NCBI GenBank assembly: GCA_035506175.1
Contig: DATJPZ010000023.1
Coordinates: 31,687 to 95,686, forward strand
Length of the DNA stretch: 64,000 bases
Source of the DNA: Thermoanaerobaculia bacterium
Lineage (GTDB): Bacteria; Acidobacteriota; Thermoanaerobaculia; UBA5066; Gp7-AA6
Direction: 5' to 3'
The position numbers and the translations under genes were made by a program. Under the pieces are notes generated by a model. That model saw only the letters and a list, made by a program, of their open reading frames with translations, did no database searches and had not been told where the DNA came from. How positions within the stretch are numbered: position 1 is the first letter of the stretch; each line of letters opens with the position of its first letter. This document shows positions 52,407 through 61,065 of this stretch, piece by piece.

Positions 52407-52781
52407 ATGAACAGACTCTGGCTCCCTCTCATCGTCCTGCTCGCCGCCGCCCCCGCAGCATGCAAGGATTCGAACACGGTCACGGGTCCGCTCACGGTCA
52501 CCGTGACGCAGACGCCGACAGTGACGCCCACGCCTCTCGCCACCTTCACGGTGTCGGGCGTGGTGACGGCAGACGCCCCGATTTCCGGCATGTTGGTCTC
52601 CTGCAGCTGCCGCGAGGGCGCCCTCACGACGTCAAACGGAAGCTACACGATTCAGGGCGTGCCCCCGGGAACCTGGGACATCACGACCGCGTCGACCGAG
52701 CGCTATCGGCCTGCCCACGTCCAGGTCACGGTGCCGCCCGACGCGGCGCACGTCGACCTGCACCTGCGCCCGGCCTCTTGA
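52407..52781 (+). CDS. Small probable lipoprotein with a carboxypeptidase-regulatory-like (Ig-like) domain
   Basis: GAGGAG precedes ATG 52407. The N-terminus MNRLWLPLIVLLAAAPAAC is lipobox-like. The domain segment is FTVSGVVTADAPISGMLVSC...TTSNGSYTIQGVPPGTWDITT. Confidence 0.65.
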   Translation: MNRLWLPLIVLLAAAPAACKDSNTVTGPLTVTVTQTPTVTPTPLATFTVSGVVTADAPISGMLVSCSCREGALTTSNGSYTIQGVPPGTWDITTASTERYRPAHVQVTVPPDAAHVDLHLRPAS

Positions 52782-52824
52782 GAGCTTCGTCAACGAGCGC
52801 GGCAAGTCGCCGCGTCAGGAGGAC

Positions 52825-53712
52825 ATGATGACGATCGAGTCCACACATCCGCGCCGACTTTCCCGACTTCTCGGACACCTCCGGTCGAGGTCCGCCGTCG
52901 CTCTTCTGGTCTTTGGGACGGTGGCGCCCGTGCTCGCCCAGGCCTTCTCCCCCATCGACTACCCGGGCGCCTCGGCCACGTTCGCCTTCGGGAACAACGA
53001 CCTGGGCGACGTCGTCGGGCGCTGGGTGGACGCCGGCGGCGCCTCGCACGGTTTCCTGCTTCACCACGGCCATTTCACGACGATCGACGCGCCGGGATCG
53101 ACCTTCACGGCGCCGGCCGACGTGAACGACTTCGGCGCCGTCGTCGGCCGCTATCTCGACGCCGACGGCCTGGCCCACGGGTTCCGCTGGGAGGACGGCC
53201 GCTCGATGACCCTCGACTACCCCGGCGCCTCCGAAACGCAGCTGCGCGGCATCGACGATCTCGGCCGTATCACCGGCAACTTCTGGATGGAGGACGGCCA
53301 CGAGCACGGCTTCTACCGGGATCTCGCCGGCTTTCACCAGGTCGACTACCCGAACTCGGACTCGACCGACGTGTGGGACATGACGGTTCTCGGGTGGATG
53401 ATCGGCGACTGGAGCGACGTCGAGGGCAACGTCGACGGCTATCGCCTGAAGAACGGCGTCTTCACGACCCTCGACTACCCCGGCGTCCGCATCACGTCGC
53501 TGCGAGGCATCAACCTCCTGGGCGAGATCGTCGGCGTCTACGAGACGCCCGAGGGCGACGACCACGGCGTGCTCATCGCGGGAGGATCGACCATTTCCTT
53601 CGACTACCCGGGCGGTTTCAACACCTTCGGAAACAAGGTGAACAACCTCGGCCACGTCGTCGGGTTTTACGACGACTCGGACGGCGTCACGCACGGCTTC
53701 GTCTGGAAACGG
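52825..53712 (+). CDS. Secreted six-repeat protein, HAF-like (HGF-motif) extracellular repeat family, paralogue 1; the 3-prime end is unresolved because the formal ORF runs to 55329 without a stop
   Basis: CAGGAGGA precedes ATG 52825, and the signal peptide ends ...ALLVFGTVAPVLAQA. Six units of about 44 aa follow the pattern DYPG..T.A.GIND.G.IVG.Y.D..G..HGF....G.FT.L. Homology to the paralogues ends at ...THGFVWKR (53712). Confidence 0.6.
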
Positions 53713-53775
53713 CGCGCGGGCCACGCGCGTCCCGCGGCGGAATCGGATGGCCGTCGAGAGGCCGGGGCCGACTGG

Positions 53776-56736
53776 TCAGAACCTCACCCCGACGCTGAAG
53801 CGGAAGGTCCGCGGCGGTTGGTAAGCGGCCGGCGTGCCGAAGGAATCGCCGAGCTCGTAATTGACGCCGCGGACCGGCTTTTGGGTGAAGGGGTTGAAGG
53901 GCGCGAGTTTGTCCGAGTCGCCCGACGTCAGAACGGTCGTATCGACCGCGAGGACGCCGTGCTGGTTGAAAAGATTCAGGACCTGGGGCTGGAGGAAGAG
54001 CTCGACGGATTCGAAAACGCGCGCGGTCACGGTCAGCGCCAGATCGGTGCTGGAGATCGACGGCATCCGATAGGCGCCACGAGCCGAAAAGAAGTAGGGA
54101 GTCCCGTTCGGCATCGGACTCGCATAGCCGGGATTCACGACGTAAGGAGTCGGATCGATGATGCCCACGGACTCGTACGGCAGTCCCGATGCGTACGACT
54201 CGAGGATCGACCCGCCGATCTCGCCGAACGAAACGGGAACACTCCCGCCAAACCACGCCCGCACGCGGTTGCGTTGGTCGCCTGGCAGATACCCGGTCGG
54301 GTACGCCCAGCTCGCGCGCTGGTACTCCGGGTACTCGCCGACGTGATCCGGCGCTGCGGACACGTTGTCGTTTTCTCCGATGACGTTACCGGTCAGACGC
54401 GACCATGTGTAGCTGACGCCGGCGAAGGACTGCGGCGAGAAGCGATAGTCGATTCGCGTCTGGACGGCCTCGTAGCGCCTTCGGAGGACCGGCGAGTTGC
54501 CGAGGATCTGCACGTCGAGCGGACCATATTGGGGGCTATCCACCTGCCCCGTCGTCAGATCGATCCGGTCGTCGTAGAAGTTCTGATAGTTGCGATAGAG
54601 ATAGTCGGCCCGGGCCCAACCCTTCGTTCCGAGCGCGACGCCCACGCCGAACGAGTACTCGGTGGCGGTCGGGGAGACGAGGCCGTCGGTCGGCACGACG
54701 CGGTTGACGCCCTGGATTCGAGCGTAGGCCGGCGTCGTCTCGCTCCCGCCCGACTCGAACCACCCCTGCACGGTTGCGAGCGCCTGGGCCGTCGTCTGGA
54801 GCTGGTTCGTCGGGGCATTCGGGTCGCAGTTGATGCACGGTCCGGTGTAGTGCCAGTCGACGATCGACGTCTGCCCCGCCTCGGAGAAGAGCTGCACGAT
54901 GCCCTCGTGCAGCCCCGCGACGTATTTCGCGTACCCGGCGTCGATCAGAAGCGTCCCCTTGCCCAACGCGTCGAACTGCGCCGCCACGCGCGGGCTCCAG
55001 GTTCCCGTCACGGCCACGGACCGCCCCGCGCCGTTCTTCGCGTCGTTGGCGTCGTAGCGCACGCCGAGATTCAACGTGAGCCGGCCGCCGAGCTGCGCGC
55101 GATCGTTGAAGAAGACGGACTGCGTCACGAATCGATCGCCCTGCGACGCCTCGAGGATCGGCCTCCATTCGAGAACGGCCTGGAGGTCACCGCCGTTCGG
55201 CACCACGGGGAACATCTGATTGTCACGGACGATCGAATTGGAATAGAGCACGTAACCGCTCCCCGAGAATGCGTAGTTCGCGAGAAGCGTCTTCTCGAAC
55301 CACTCGTAACCGAGATGCAGCTCGTGTGACCCCAAAGTCTCCGAGGAAACGAGCCAGGACGCCTTCGCGAGCCACCCGGTGTTGCCGTAGTTCTCCGGAT
55401 AGCGTTCGGATCCTGCCGGGACGTTCAACGTGCCTCGATCGGTATCGACGCGCGTGCCGGGCACGAAGGCGGCGTCGGGCGAGCCACTGCCCTCGATTTC
55501 GAACCAGCGTTTCGAGAACTGCGCCTCGACGAAGAGCCGCTCCGACAGGATGCCGGTGTAGTTGGCCGTCAGGATCGAGTGCGGCGACTCGATCGTGTCG
55601 AGCGCGTCGAGGGCGCCCGCCGGAAGGTACTGGCTGTTGATCTCCGTCGGCCTCACGAGCGTGTACGCCGCGACGAGATTGTGCGACGGGGTCACGTTTC
55701 CCGTGAGCTTGCCCTCCGCGCGGCTCTCCTCGAACCGGTGCGTGTACGGAATGAAGAGCGAACCCTGGTCGCCCAGGTCGGCGTCTCCCGGGACGTAGAT
55801 CTCCGTCGAATTGCTGACGTCCTGCCGACGACCCGCCGCGAAGAACCAGATCCGGTCCTTCCAGATCGCTCCCCCGAGCGTCGCCTCGTAGCTCTCGTCG
55901 ACCTGGTCGAGGCGGGGATCGTCGCCCTGGGCTACCTCGAGAGGATTCAACGACCGCCACCCGTCGCTCGTGAAGCTCGTCCGGAAGCTCCCGTGGAACT
56001 GGTTGCCGCCCGAGCGGGTGATGACGTTGACGACGCCGCCCGTGAAGCGCCCGTACTCGGCGGAAATGCTGCCGGTCAGGACCGTGGTCTCCTGGATCGC
56101 GTCCTCGACGTACAGGCTCTGCGGCTGGCCGCGCAGGTTCTCGTTGACGACGGCGCCGTCGACCATGTAGAGACTCTCGAACGACTGGGCTCCGGAGATG
56201 ACGAGCGCCGGGCTCGCCGGGTTCGCGCTGCCGATGTTGCCGCTCGGGCCCGTGGCGTCGACACCGGGAGCCAGCAGCACCGTCGACCGCAACGACCGGT
56301 CGAGCGGCAGCTGGTCGACCAGCGACTGCTTGTACGTGGACGCGACCTGGGTCGTCTCGAGCGGCGTCCCGGCGATCGCGTCCGCGGAGACGGTGACGGA
56401 GGCCTCGACGGACTCTGGCCGCATCGCGACGTCGAGCCGGCCGCCGACCGCGGCGTTCAAGGTGATCGTCTTCTCGATTCCCTGCATCCCCGGCAGCGAG
56501 AACCGGATGACGTAGGCGCCGGGCGGAAGAAAAGGCAGGACGTATTCCCCCGCGGAAGTCGTGCGCGTCTCGCGGCGCCCTTGAAGGCTCGGCGACTCGG
56601 CGCTCACGACCACGGCGGCAAGCTCGGCGCCGCCTTCGATGGACACGCGCCCCGAAAGCGACGACAGGGGAATGCCCTGCGCCAGAACGATCTCCGAAAG
56701 GCACAGGCCCGCCAGACCGGCGAGCGTACGCCTCAC
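53776..56736 (-). CDS. Outer-membrane TonB-dependent-receptor-like protein with an N-terminal CarboxypepD_reg-like domain
   Basis: GTG 56736 overlaps the kinase stop (GTGA at 56733-56736). The signal peptide is VRRTLAGLAGLCLSEIVLAQG. The CarboxypepD_reg-like segment is GRVSIEGG...SAGEYVLPFLPPGAYVIRFSLPG. Plug-like segments are ISGAQSFESLYMVDGAVVNEN and ISAEYGRFTGGVVNVITRSGGNQFHG. The C-terminus RTFRFSVGVRF ends in an aromatic residue. Confidence 0.75.
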   Translation of the reverse strand: MRRTLAGLAGLCLSEIVLAQGIPLSSLSGRVSIEGGAELAAVVVSAESPSLQGRRETRTTSAGEYVLPFLPPGAYVIRFSLPGMQGIEKTITLNAAVGGRLDVAMRPESVEASVTVSADAIAGTPLETTQVASTYKQSLVDQLPLDRSLRSTVLLAPGVDATGPSGNIGSANPASPALVISGAQSFESLYMVDGAVVNENLRGQPQSLYVEDAIQETTVLTGSISAEYGRFTGGVVNVITRSGGNQFHGSFRTSFTSDGWRSLNPLEVAQGDDPRLDQVDESYEATLGGAIWKDRIWFFAAGRRQDVSNSTEIYVPGDADLGDQGSLFIPYTHRFEESRAEGKLTGNVTPSHNLVAAYTLVRPTEINSQYLPAGALDALDTIESPHSILTANYTGILSERLFVEAQFSKRWFEIEGSGSPDAAFVPGTRVDTDRGTLNVPAGSERYPENYGNTGWLAKASWLVSSETLGSHELHLGYEWFEKTLLANYAFSGSGYVLYSNSIVRDNQMFPVVPNGGDLQAVLEWRPILEASQGDRFVTQSVFFNDRAQLGGRLTLNLGVRYDANDAKNGAGRSVAVTGTWSPRVAAQFDALGKGTLLIDAGYAKYVAGLHEGIVQLFSEAGQTSIVDWHYTGPCINCDPNAPTNQLQTTAQALATVQGWFESGGSETTPAYARIQGVNRVVPTDGLVSPTATEYSFGVGVALGTKGWARADYLYRNYQNFYDDRIDLTTGQVDSPQYGPLDVQILGNSPVLRRRYEAVQTRIDYRFSPQSFAGVSYTWSRLTGNVIGENDNVSAAPDHVGEYPEYQRASWAYPTGYLPGDQRNRVRAWFGGSVPVSFGEIGGSILESYASGLPYESVGIIDPTPYVVNPGYASPMPNGTPYFFSARGAYRMPSISSTDLALTVTARVFESVELFLQPQVLNLFNQHGVLAVDTTVLTSGDSDKLAPFNPFTQKPVRGVNYELGDSFGTPAAYQPPRTFRFSVGVRF

Positions 56737-59312
56737 CGCAGCCCCTCGATCAGAAACAGCTCCGACGGGAACCGATAGCGCGTGTACACGATCGTCTTCT
56801 CGTCCGCCGAGATGCGAATCTGGCCCACGCCGCCGCCGGCCGCGGGGTCGAGCTGCGGGATCTCGCGAAAGAGCTCCCGGCGGCCGGTCCACGGGTCGAG
56901 CCGGTAGACGCGCGCCAGCGGAAGATCCAGGCCGACCGCGTCGTCGGCGCCGAGCACGAAGAGCGACCGGCTGTCGGAGGACCACTGGATGGGCTCCTCT
57001 CCCGGATGAAGGCCCGCGATGTCTTTCGCCGCTCCGCCGTCGAGCGGAAAGATCTGATAGCCGTGCCCGCCCGTCAGGGCGCTCGCGTATCGCCCATCCG
57101 GAGACATCTGCCCGCGAAACGTCCCTTCGGGAGTCGCCGCTTTGAGGCCGGTGCCGTCGACGTTGCGCACCCACAGCTGCCGGCCGCGCCCGTCGGCGTT
57201 CCCCATGGCGAAGAGGCGGGTTCCGTCGGCGAAGAAGTGATCGCAGGCCGGCGGATCGGTCCTGGGGAGTTTCCGCGACTCCCCGGGGCCGACCGGCACC
57301 AGCTCGCAGTCGCGCAGCACCCAGCCGCCGTCCGGCGTCACGTCCGTCGCCAGCCCGTCGCCGAGCCGCTTGGCGGGAGAACCGTCGGTCCCGCGCCGAT
57401 AGATGCCGCCGCGCGTCACCCCCTCCTGGAAGACGATGGCGTCGCCGTTCCCGGTCACGGCCACGACGTCCGCCTGATCGAACCAGGACAGGTTCCGAGG
57501 CCTCGACTCCCCCGCCTTCAGCGCGTAGACCTCGGAGTTCTCGGCCACCCGCGAGACGAGCACGCGGCCGTCCGGGGCGACGTCTTGCAGCACGAAATCG
57601 CCCGGAAGCGAGGCGAGAAGGCGTTCGCGGCCGGACAACGTGATCGCGCGAAGCTGCGTCACCGTGTCGTCGAAGACGCTGTACCAGATCTCCTTACCCG
57701 ACGGCGACCAGACGAGCTCGTTGATCTCCCGATCGAGCGAGCGTGGCTTCTCGGGCGGCCGCACCACCGTCAGCGTCGCGACGTCCCGGAACGCGATCCA
57801 GGCGCCGTCGGGCGAAACGTGAGGCCAGTTGATCCAGGGCTCGCATTCGTAAACGGTCGTCCCGATCGGGTATTCGAGGCGCTGCGTCCTGCCGGCGTCC
57901 CGGACCACGGCGAGCGACTTTCCGTCGGGAGACCAGTCGGCGAAGAGGACGCCTTCGAGGAGCTCGCGCGGAGCCCCGCCCGCGAGCGGCACCTGGGCGA
58001 GCGTGCCGAAGAGGTTTCGCGGATCGCGGACCGTCAGCCCCAGGTGCGGGTCTCGCAGCAGGAGCCCGAACGTGTGGCCGAGCAGAACCGCCAGATCCCC
58101 CTGGCGCGAGACGGACAGGATGTCCGCGCGGCCCAGACCGAGCGATCGGGACTCCGGGCTCCCGATGCGGGTCTCGAACAGGTCGAGCGGGGCTCCATCC
58201 CAGGAGGCGCCGTAGACGATCGTCTGGCCGTCCGGCGCGAAGCGCGCCGACCAGATGCCGCCGCGCCGGAACGTCAGCTGCTGGAACCGGAGCTCGAGCG
58301 GAGGCGCCGCTCGCCAGCGCGCCAGGGCCACGCCGAGCGCGACGAGCGCCGCGGCGCCGAGCCCGAGCACCGCCCCGGCTCGGATCCTCCGCTTTCCGAG
58401 CCTCGGCGCCAGATCGATTCCCGACAGCGACACCTCGGTCAGGTGCTGCCGCAGCAGGTTCAGGTCCTGCGCGAGGTCGCGCGTGGCCGCGTAGCGGTCC
58501 TTCGGGTCCTTGGCCATGCAGCGCTCGACGATCCACCGAACCGGCGCGGGAAGCTTCGGGTTGTGCGCCGCGATCGGCTCCGGGTCGTCGTGAAGAATCG
58601 CGGAAAGGCTGTCGACCGTGGTGTTGCGCTGGAACGCGGAGACGCCGGTCGCGAGCTCGTAGAGGACCGTCCCGAACGCGAACTGGTCGGAGCGGTAGTC
58701 GGCCGCCGAGCCCGCCGCCTGCTCCGGCGACATGTAACGCACCGTGCCGATCAGGACCCCGGGCTGCGTCGGCAGCGGAAGCGTCCCCTCCTCCGGCCCG
58801 GCGCCGCGCTCGAGCGGCGAGCGCGTCAGCTTGGCGAGGCCGAAGTCGAGGATCTTCACGATCCCGTCTTTCGTGACCATCACGTTGTCCGGCTTGAAGT
58901 CGCGGTGCACGATGCCGGCCTCGTGGGCGCGGGCGAGCCCCTCCGCCATCTGGACGGCGACGTCGAGGAACTTCCGAAGCGGCAAGCCGCCCGGACGCAG
59001 CATCTGCCGGAGCGTCTCGCCTTCGACGAGCTCCATCGCGATGTAGGAGCCGGATTCGGTCTGACCGATCTCGTAGACCGTCACGATGTTCGGGTGGCTC
59101 AGCGCCGAGACGGCGCGCGCCTCCTGCTCGAAGCGCTTCAGGCGATTCCGATCCTCCGAGAGCGACTCGGCGAGCACCTTGACGGCGACTTCGCGCTTCA
59201 GGCGCGGGTCGCGCGCGCGGTAGACCTCGCCCATGCCCCCGCTGCCCAACGGTCCGACGATCTCGTAAGGACCGAGCCGATCGCCGGGGCGGTGAGCGCC
59301 GAACGCGGTCAC
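56733..59312 (-). CDS. Transmembrane Hanks-type Ser/Thr kinase with a periplasmic TolB/PD40-like propeller (cassette 2)
   Basis: GTG 59312 overlaps the FHA gene stop (GTGA at 59309-59312). Kinase motifs are GSGGMGEVYRARD, HRDFKPDNV and DFGLAK. The TM helix is AVLGLGAAALVALGVALA. Blades carry FAPDG, WSPDG, VSPDG and MSPDG. Confidence 0.9.
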   Translation of the reverse strand: MTAFGAHRPGDRLGPYEIVGPLGSGGMGEVYRARDPRLKREVAVKVLAESLSEDRNRLKRFEQEARAVSALSHPNIVTVYEIGQTESGSYIAMELVEGETLRQMLRPGGLPLRKFLDVAVQMAEGLARAHEAGIVHRDFKPDNVMVTKDGIVKILDFGLAKLTRSPLERGAGPEEGTLPLPTQPGVLIGTVRYMSPEQAAGSAADYRSDQFAFGTVLYELATGVSAFQRNTTVDSLSAILHDDPEPIAAHNPKLPAPVRWIVERCMAKDPKDRYAATRDLAQDLNLLRQHLTEVSLSGIDLAPRLGKRRIRAGAVLGLGAAALVALGVALARWRAAPPLELRFQQLTFRRGGIWSARFAPDGQTIVYGASWDGAPLDLFETRIGSPESRSLGLGRADILSVSRQGDLAVLLGHTFGLLLRDPHLGLTVRDPRNLFGTLAQVPLAGGAPRELLEGVLFADWSPDGKSLAVVRDAGRTQRLEYPIGTTVYECEPWINWPHVSPDGAWIAFRDVATLTVVRPPEKPRSLDREINELVWSPSGKEIWYSVFDDTVTQLRAITLSGRERLLASLPGDFVLQDVAPDGRVLVSRVAENSEVYALKAGESRPRNLSWFDQADVVAVTGNGDAIVFQEGVTRGGIYRRGTDGSPAKRLGDGLATDVTPDGGWVLRDCELVPVGPGESRKLPRTDPPACDHFFADGTRLFAMGNADGRGRQLWVRNVDGTGLKAATPEGTFRGQMSPDGRYASALTGGHGYQIFPLDGGAAKDIAGLHPGEEPIQWSSDSRSLFVLGADDAVGLDLPLARVYRLDPWTGRRELFREIPQLDPAAGGGVGQIRISADEKTIVYTRYRFPSELFLIEGLR

Positions 59313-59950
59313 TGGCTGCGGGCGGTCTGCGTGGAGACGGCGGCGAAGCGGCGCAGGGTCAGGACGGCGGTCCCGATGCGGATTTCGTCGCCGTCGGCGA
59401 GCGGCACGGCGCTCTGCACCGACTCGCCGCGCACGAACGTCCCGTTCTTGCTGCCGAGATCCTCGATCGAGGCTTCGTCGCCGGAAATCACGATCTTCGC
59501 GTGGTGGCGCGAGACGCTGTACAGGTCGATCCACGCCACCGCTTCGCGGTCCCGTCCGAGGATGTTCTCGCCTTCCGACAGCGAGATCTCGCGCCCGTCC
59601 CAGAGGAGCCGGAAGACCGACGGCGTGCGCGGCTCGCCCGAATCGGGCCGCACCGGCGCCTGGAACGCGTAGCCGAACCGCTGCACGGTCCGGATGATCG
59701 TGGGACTCTTCGCGTCGTCGCCGAGCGCCTGGCGCAGGTCCGCGACGAGGTTGGCGAGGTTGGCGTCCGAAACGAACGTGTCGGGCCAGAGCGTCGCGTG
59801 CAGCGCCGACTTCGAGAGCGCCTTCGGCCGGGCCCGCACGAGCGTTTCGAGCAGCTGGAAGACCTTGGGCGGCACCGGAACGACACGCCCGCCGCGAACG
59901 AGCTCGCGCGACTCGGAATCGAGCACGCAATCTTCGAAACGCAGCCGCAT
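59309..59950 (-). CDS. Winged-helix (OmpR/PhoB-type) + FHA regulator (cassette 2)
   Basis: ATG 59950 gives MRLRFEDCVLDSESRELVRGG..., parallel to the cassette 1 N-terminus. The wHTH ends at IIRTVQRFGYAF. The FHA domain reads ILGRDREAVAWIDLYSVSRHHAKIVI...IEDLGSKNGTF...DGDEIRIG. The TTG at 59971 is a less likely start. Confidence 0.85.
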   Translation of the reverse strand: MRLRFEDCVLDSESRELVRGGRVVPVPPKVFQLLETLVRARPKALSKSALHATLWPDTFVSDANLANLVADLRQALGDDAKSPTIIRTVQRFGYAFQAPVRPDSGEPRTPSVFRLLWDGREISLSEGENILGRDREAVAWIDLYSVSRHHAKIVISGDEASIEDLGSKNGTFVRGESVQSAVPLADGDEIRIGTAVLTLRRFAAVSTQTARSQ

Positions 59951-60060
59951 TTCTGGAAGACCTCTCGACAAATCCTATCGCCGGATCACGAGGCTGTTCA
60001 CCCGCTATCGAAAAGGTAGAAGTTCGCTAGGGCGCTTCCCGACGCCTCCGCCGGTTCGCC

Positions 60061-60095
60061 CGCAACGGGTGGCTCAACGGTGGAAGACCGTTGCG
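60061..60095. promoter_or_regulatory. Candidate operator: direct repeat CAACGG(G)TGG x2 (12-nt register) nested in the inverted repeat CGCAACGG / CCGTTGCG
   Basis: The sequence is CGCAACGGGTGGCTCAACGGTGGAAGACCGTTGCG. It lies in the divergent region between the wHTH-FHA gene (start 59950) and HAF-like paralogue 2 (start 60144). Confidence 0.2.
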
Positions 60096-60143
60096 ACTTG
60101 CGTCCTGCCGCCGACGGATCTTCCGGGACCAAAGGAGGTCTCC

Positions 60144-61010
60144 ATGAAGACCACGCTTCGTCTCGCACCCCGCCGCCACCTGCCGATCGCCTTCGCCCTC
60201 GCCTCGACTCTCGCCTTCTCGGGGCTCGCCGCCGCCCAGAGCTACGTCTCGCTCGACTGCCCCGGCGCCGACTTCACGCAGCCCCACGGCATCAACGACC
60301 GCGGCGACATCGTCGGCAACTGCGACGGCGCCTCCCAGCAGGGATTCCTGCTCCACCACGGGGCGTGGACTCCCATCGTCGTTCCCGGCGCCCTGGCCAC
60401 CCGGGCGCTCGGCACCAACAACCGCGGCGACGTCGTCGGCCGCTTCGACGGAACCGACGGGACGAGCCACGGCTACCTCCTGCGCCACGGCGTCTTCACG
60501 ACGCTCGATCCCCCGGGCTCGACCTACACGGCGGCGCGCGACATCGACGACCTCGGACGGATCGCCGGCTTCTACGACGACGCCGACGGCAACGAGCACG
60601 GATTCCTCCTCGAGAACGGCGTCTACAAGACCCTCGACTACCCGGGGTCCCTCGCGACGGACGCCTACGGCAACGACGCCCTGCGGCGGGTCGTGGGCCT
60701 CTACTTCGACTCGGACGGCAACGCGCACGGCTTCCTCTGGAAGAACGGCGCGTGGTCGACGATCGACTACCCCGGCGCGCTGACGAGCGAGGCCAACGGC
60801 ATCAACATCCTCGGCCTGATCGTCGGCGCCTGGGACGACGCGTCCACGGAGCACGGCTTCGTCAAGCGCGGCGGGCACTGGGAGTCCTTCGACTACCCCG
60901 GCGCCGTGGCCACCACGCCCTTCGGGCTCAACACCCTCGGCGAGATCGTCGGCGGCTACCTCGGCGCCGACGGCAACATTCACGGCTTCCTGCGGACCTG
61001 CGGCAACTGA
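60144..61010 (+). CDS. Secreted six-repeat HAF-like (HGF-motif) protein, paralogue 2
   Basis: AAAGGAGG precedes ATG 60144. The signal peptide is ...IAFALASTLAFSGLAAAQ. Six repeats end in QGFLL, HGYLL, HGFLL, HGFLW, HGFVK and HGFLR. Confidence 0.75.
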   Translation: MKTTLRLAPRRHLPIAFALASTLAFSGLAAAQSYVSLDCPGADFTQPHGINDRGDIVGNCDGASQQGFLLHHGAWTPIVVPGALATRALGTNNRGDVVGRFDGTDGTSHGYLLRHGVFTTLDPPGSTYTAARDIDDLGRIAGFYDDADGNEHGFLLENGVYKTLDYPGSLATDAYGNDALRRVVGLYFDSDGNAHGFLWKNGAWSTIDYPGALTSEANGINILGLIVGAWDDASTEHGFVKRGGHWESFDYPGAVATTPFGLNTLGEIVGGYLGADGNIHGFLRTCGN

Positions 61011-61065
61011 ATTGATCGACCTTGCGGACGCCGACACGAAGAGCGGCCCGCTCAAAGGAGACGCC

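Noticed and set aside
53776-59930. N-terminal extensions of track ORFs 53776..57174 and 56733..59930, and the antisense ORF 57006..59672
   Set aside because: The extensions run through the upstream coupled gene in another frame. GTG 56736 and GTG 59312 give proper N-termini (a signal peptide and a kinase Gly-loop context), each overlapping the upstream stop.
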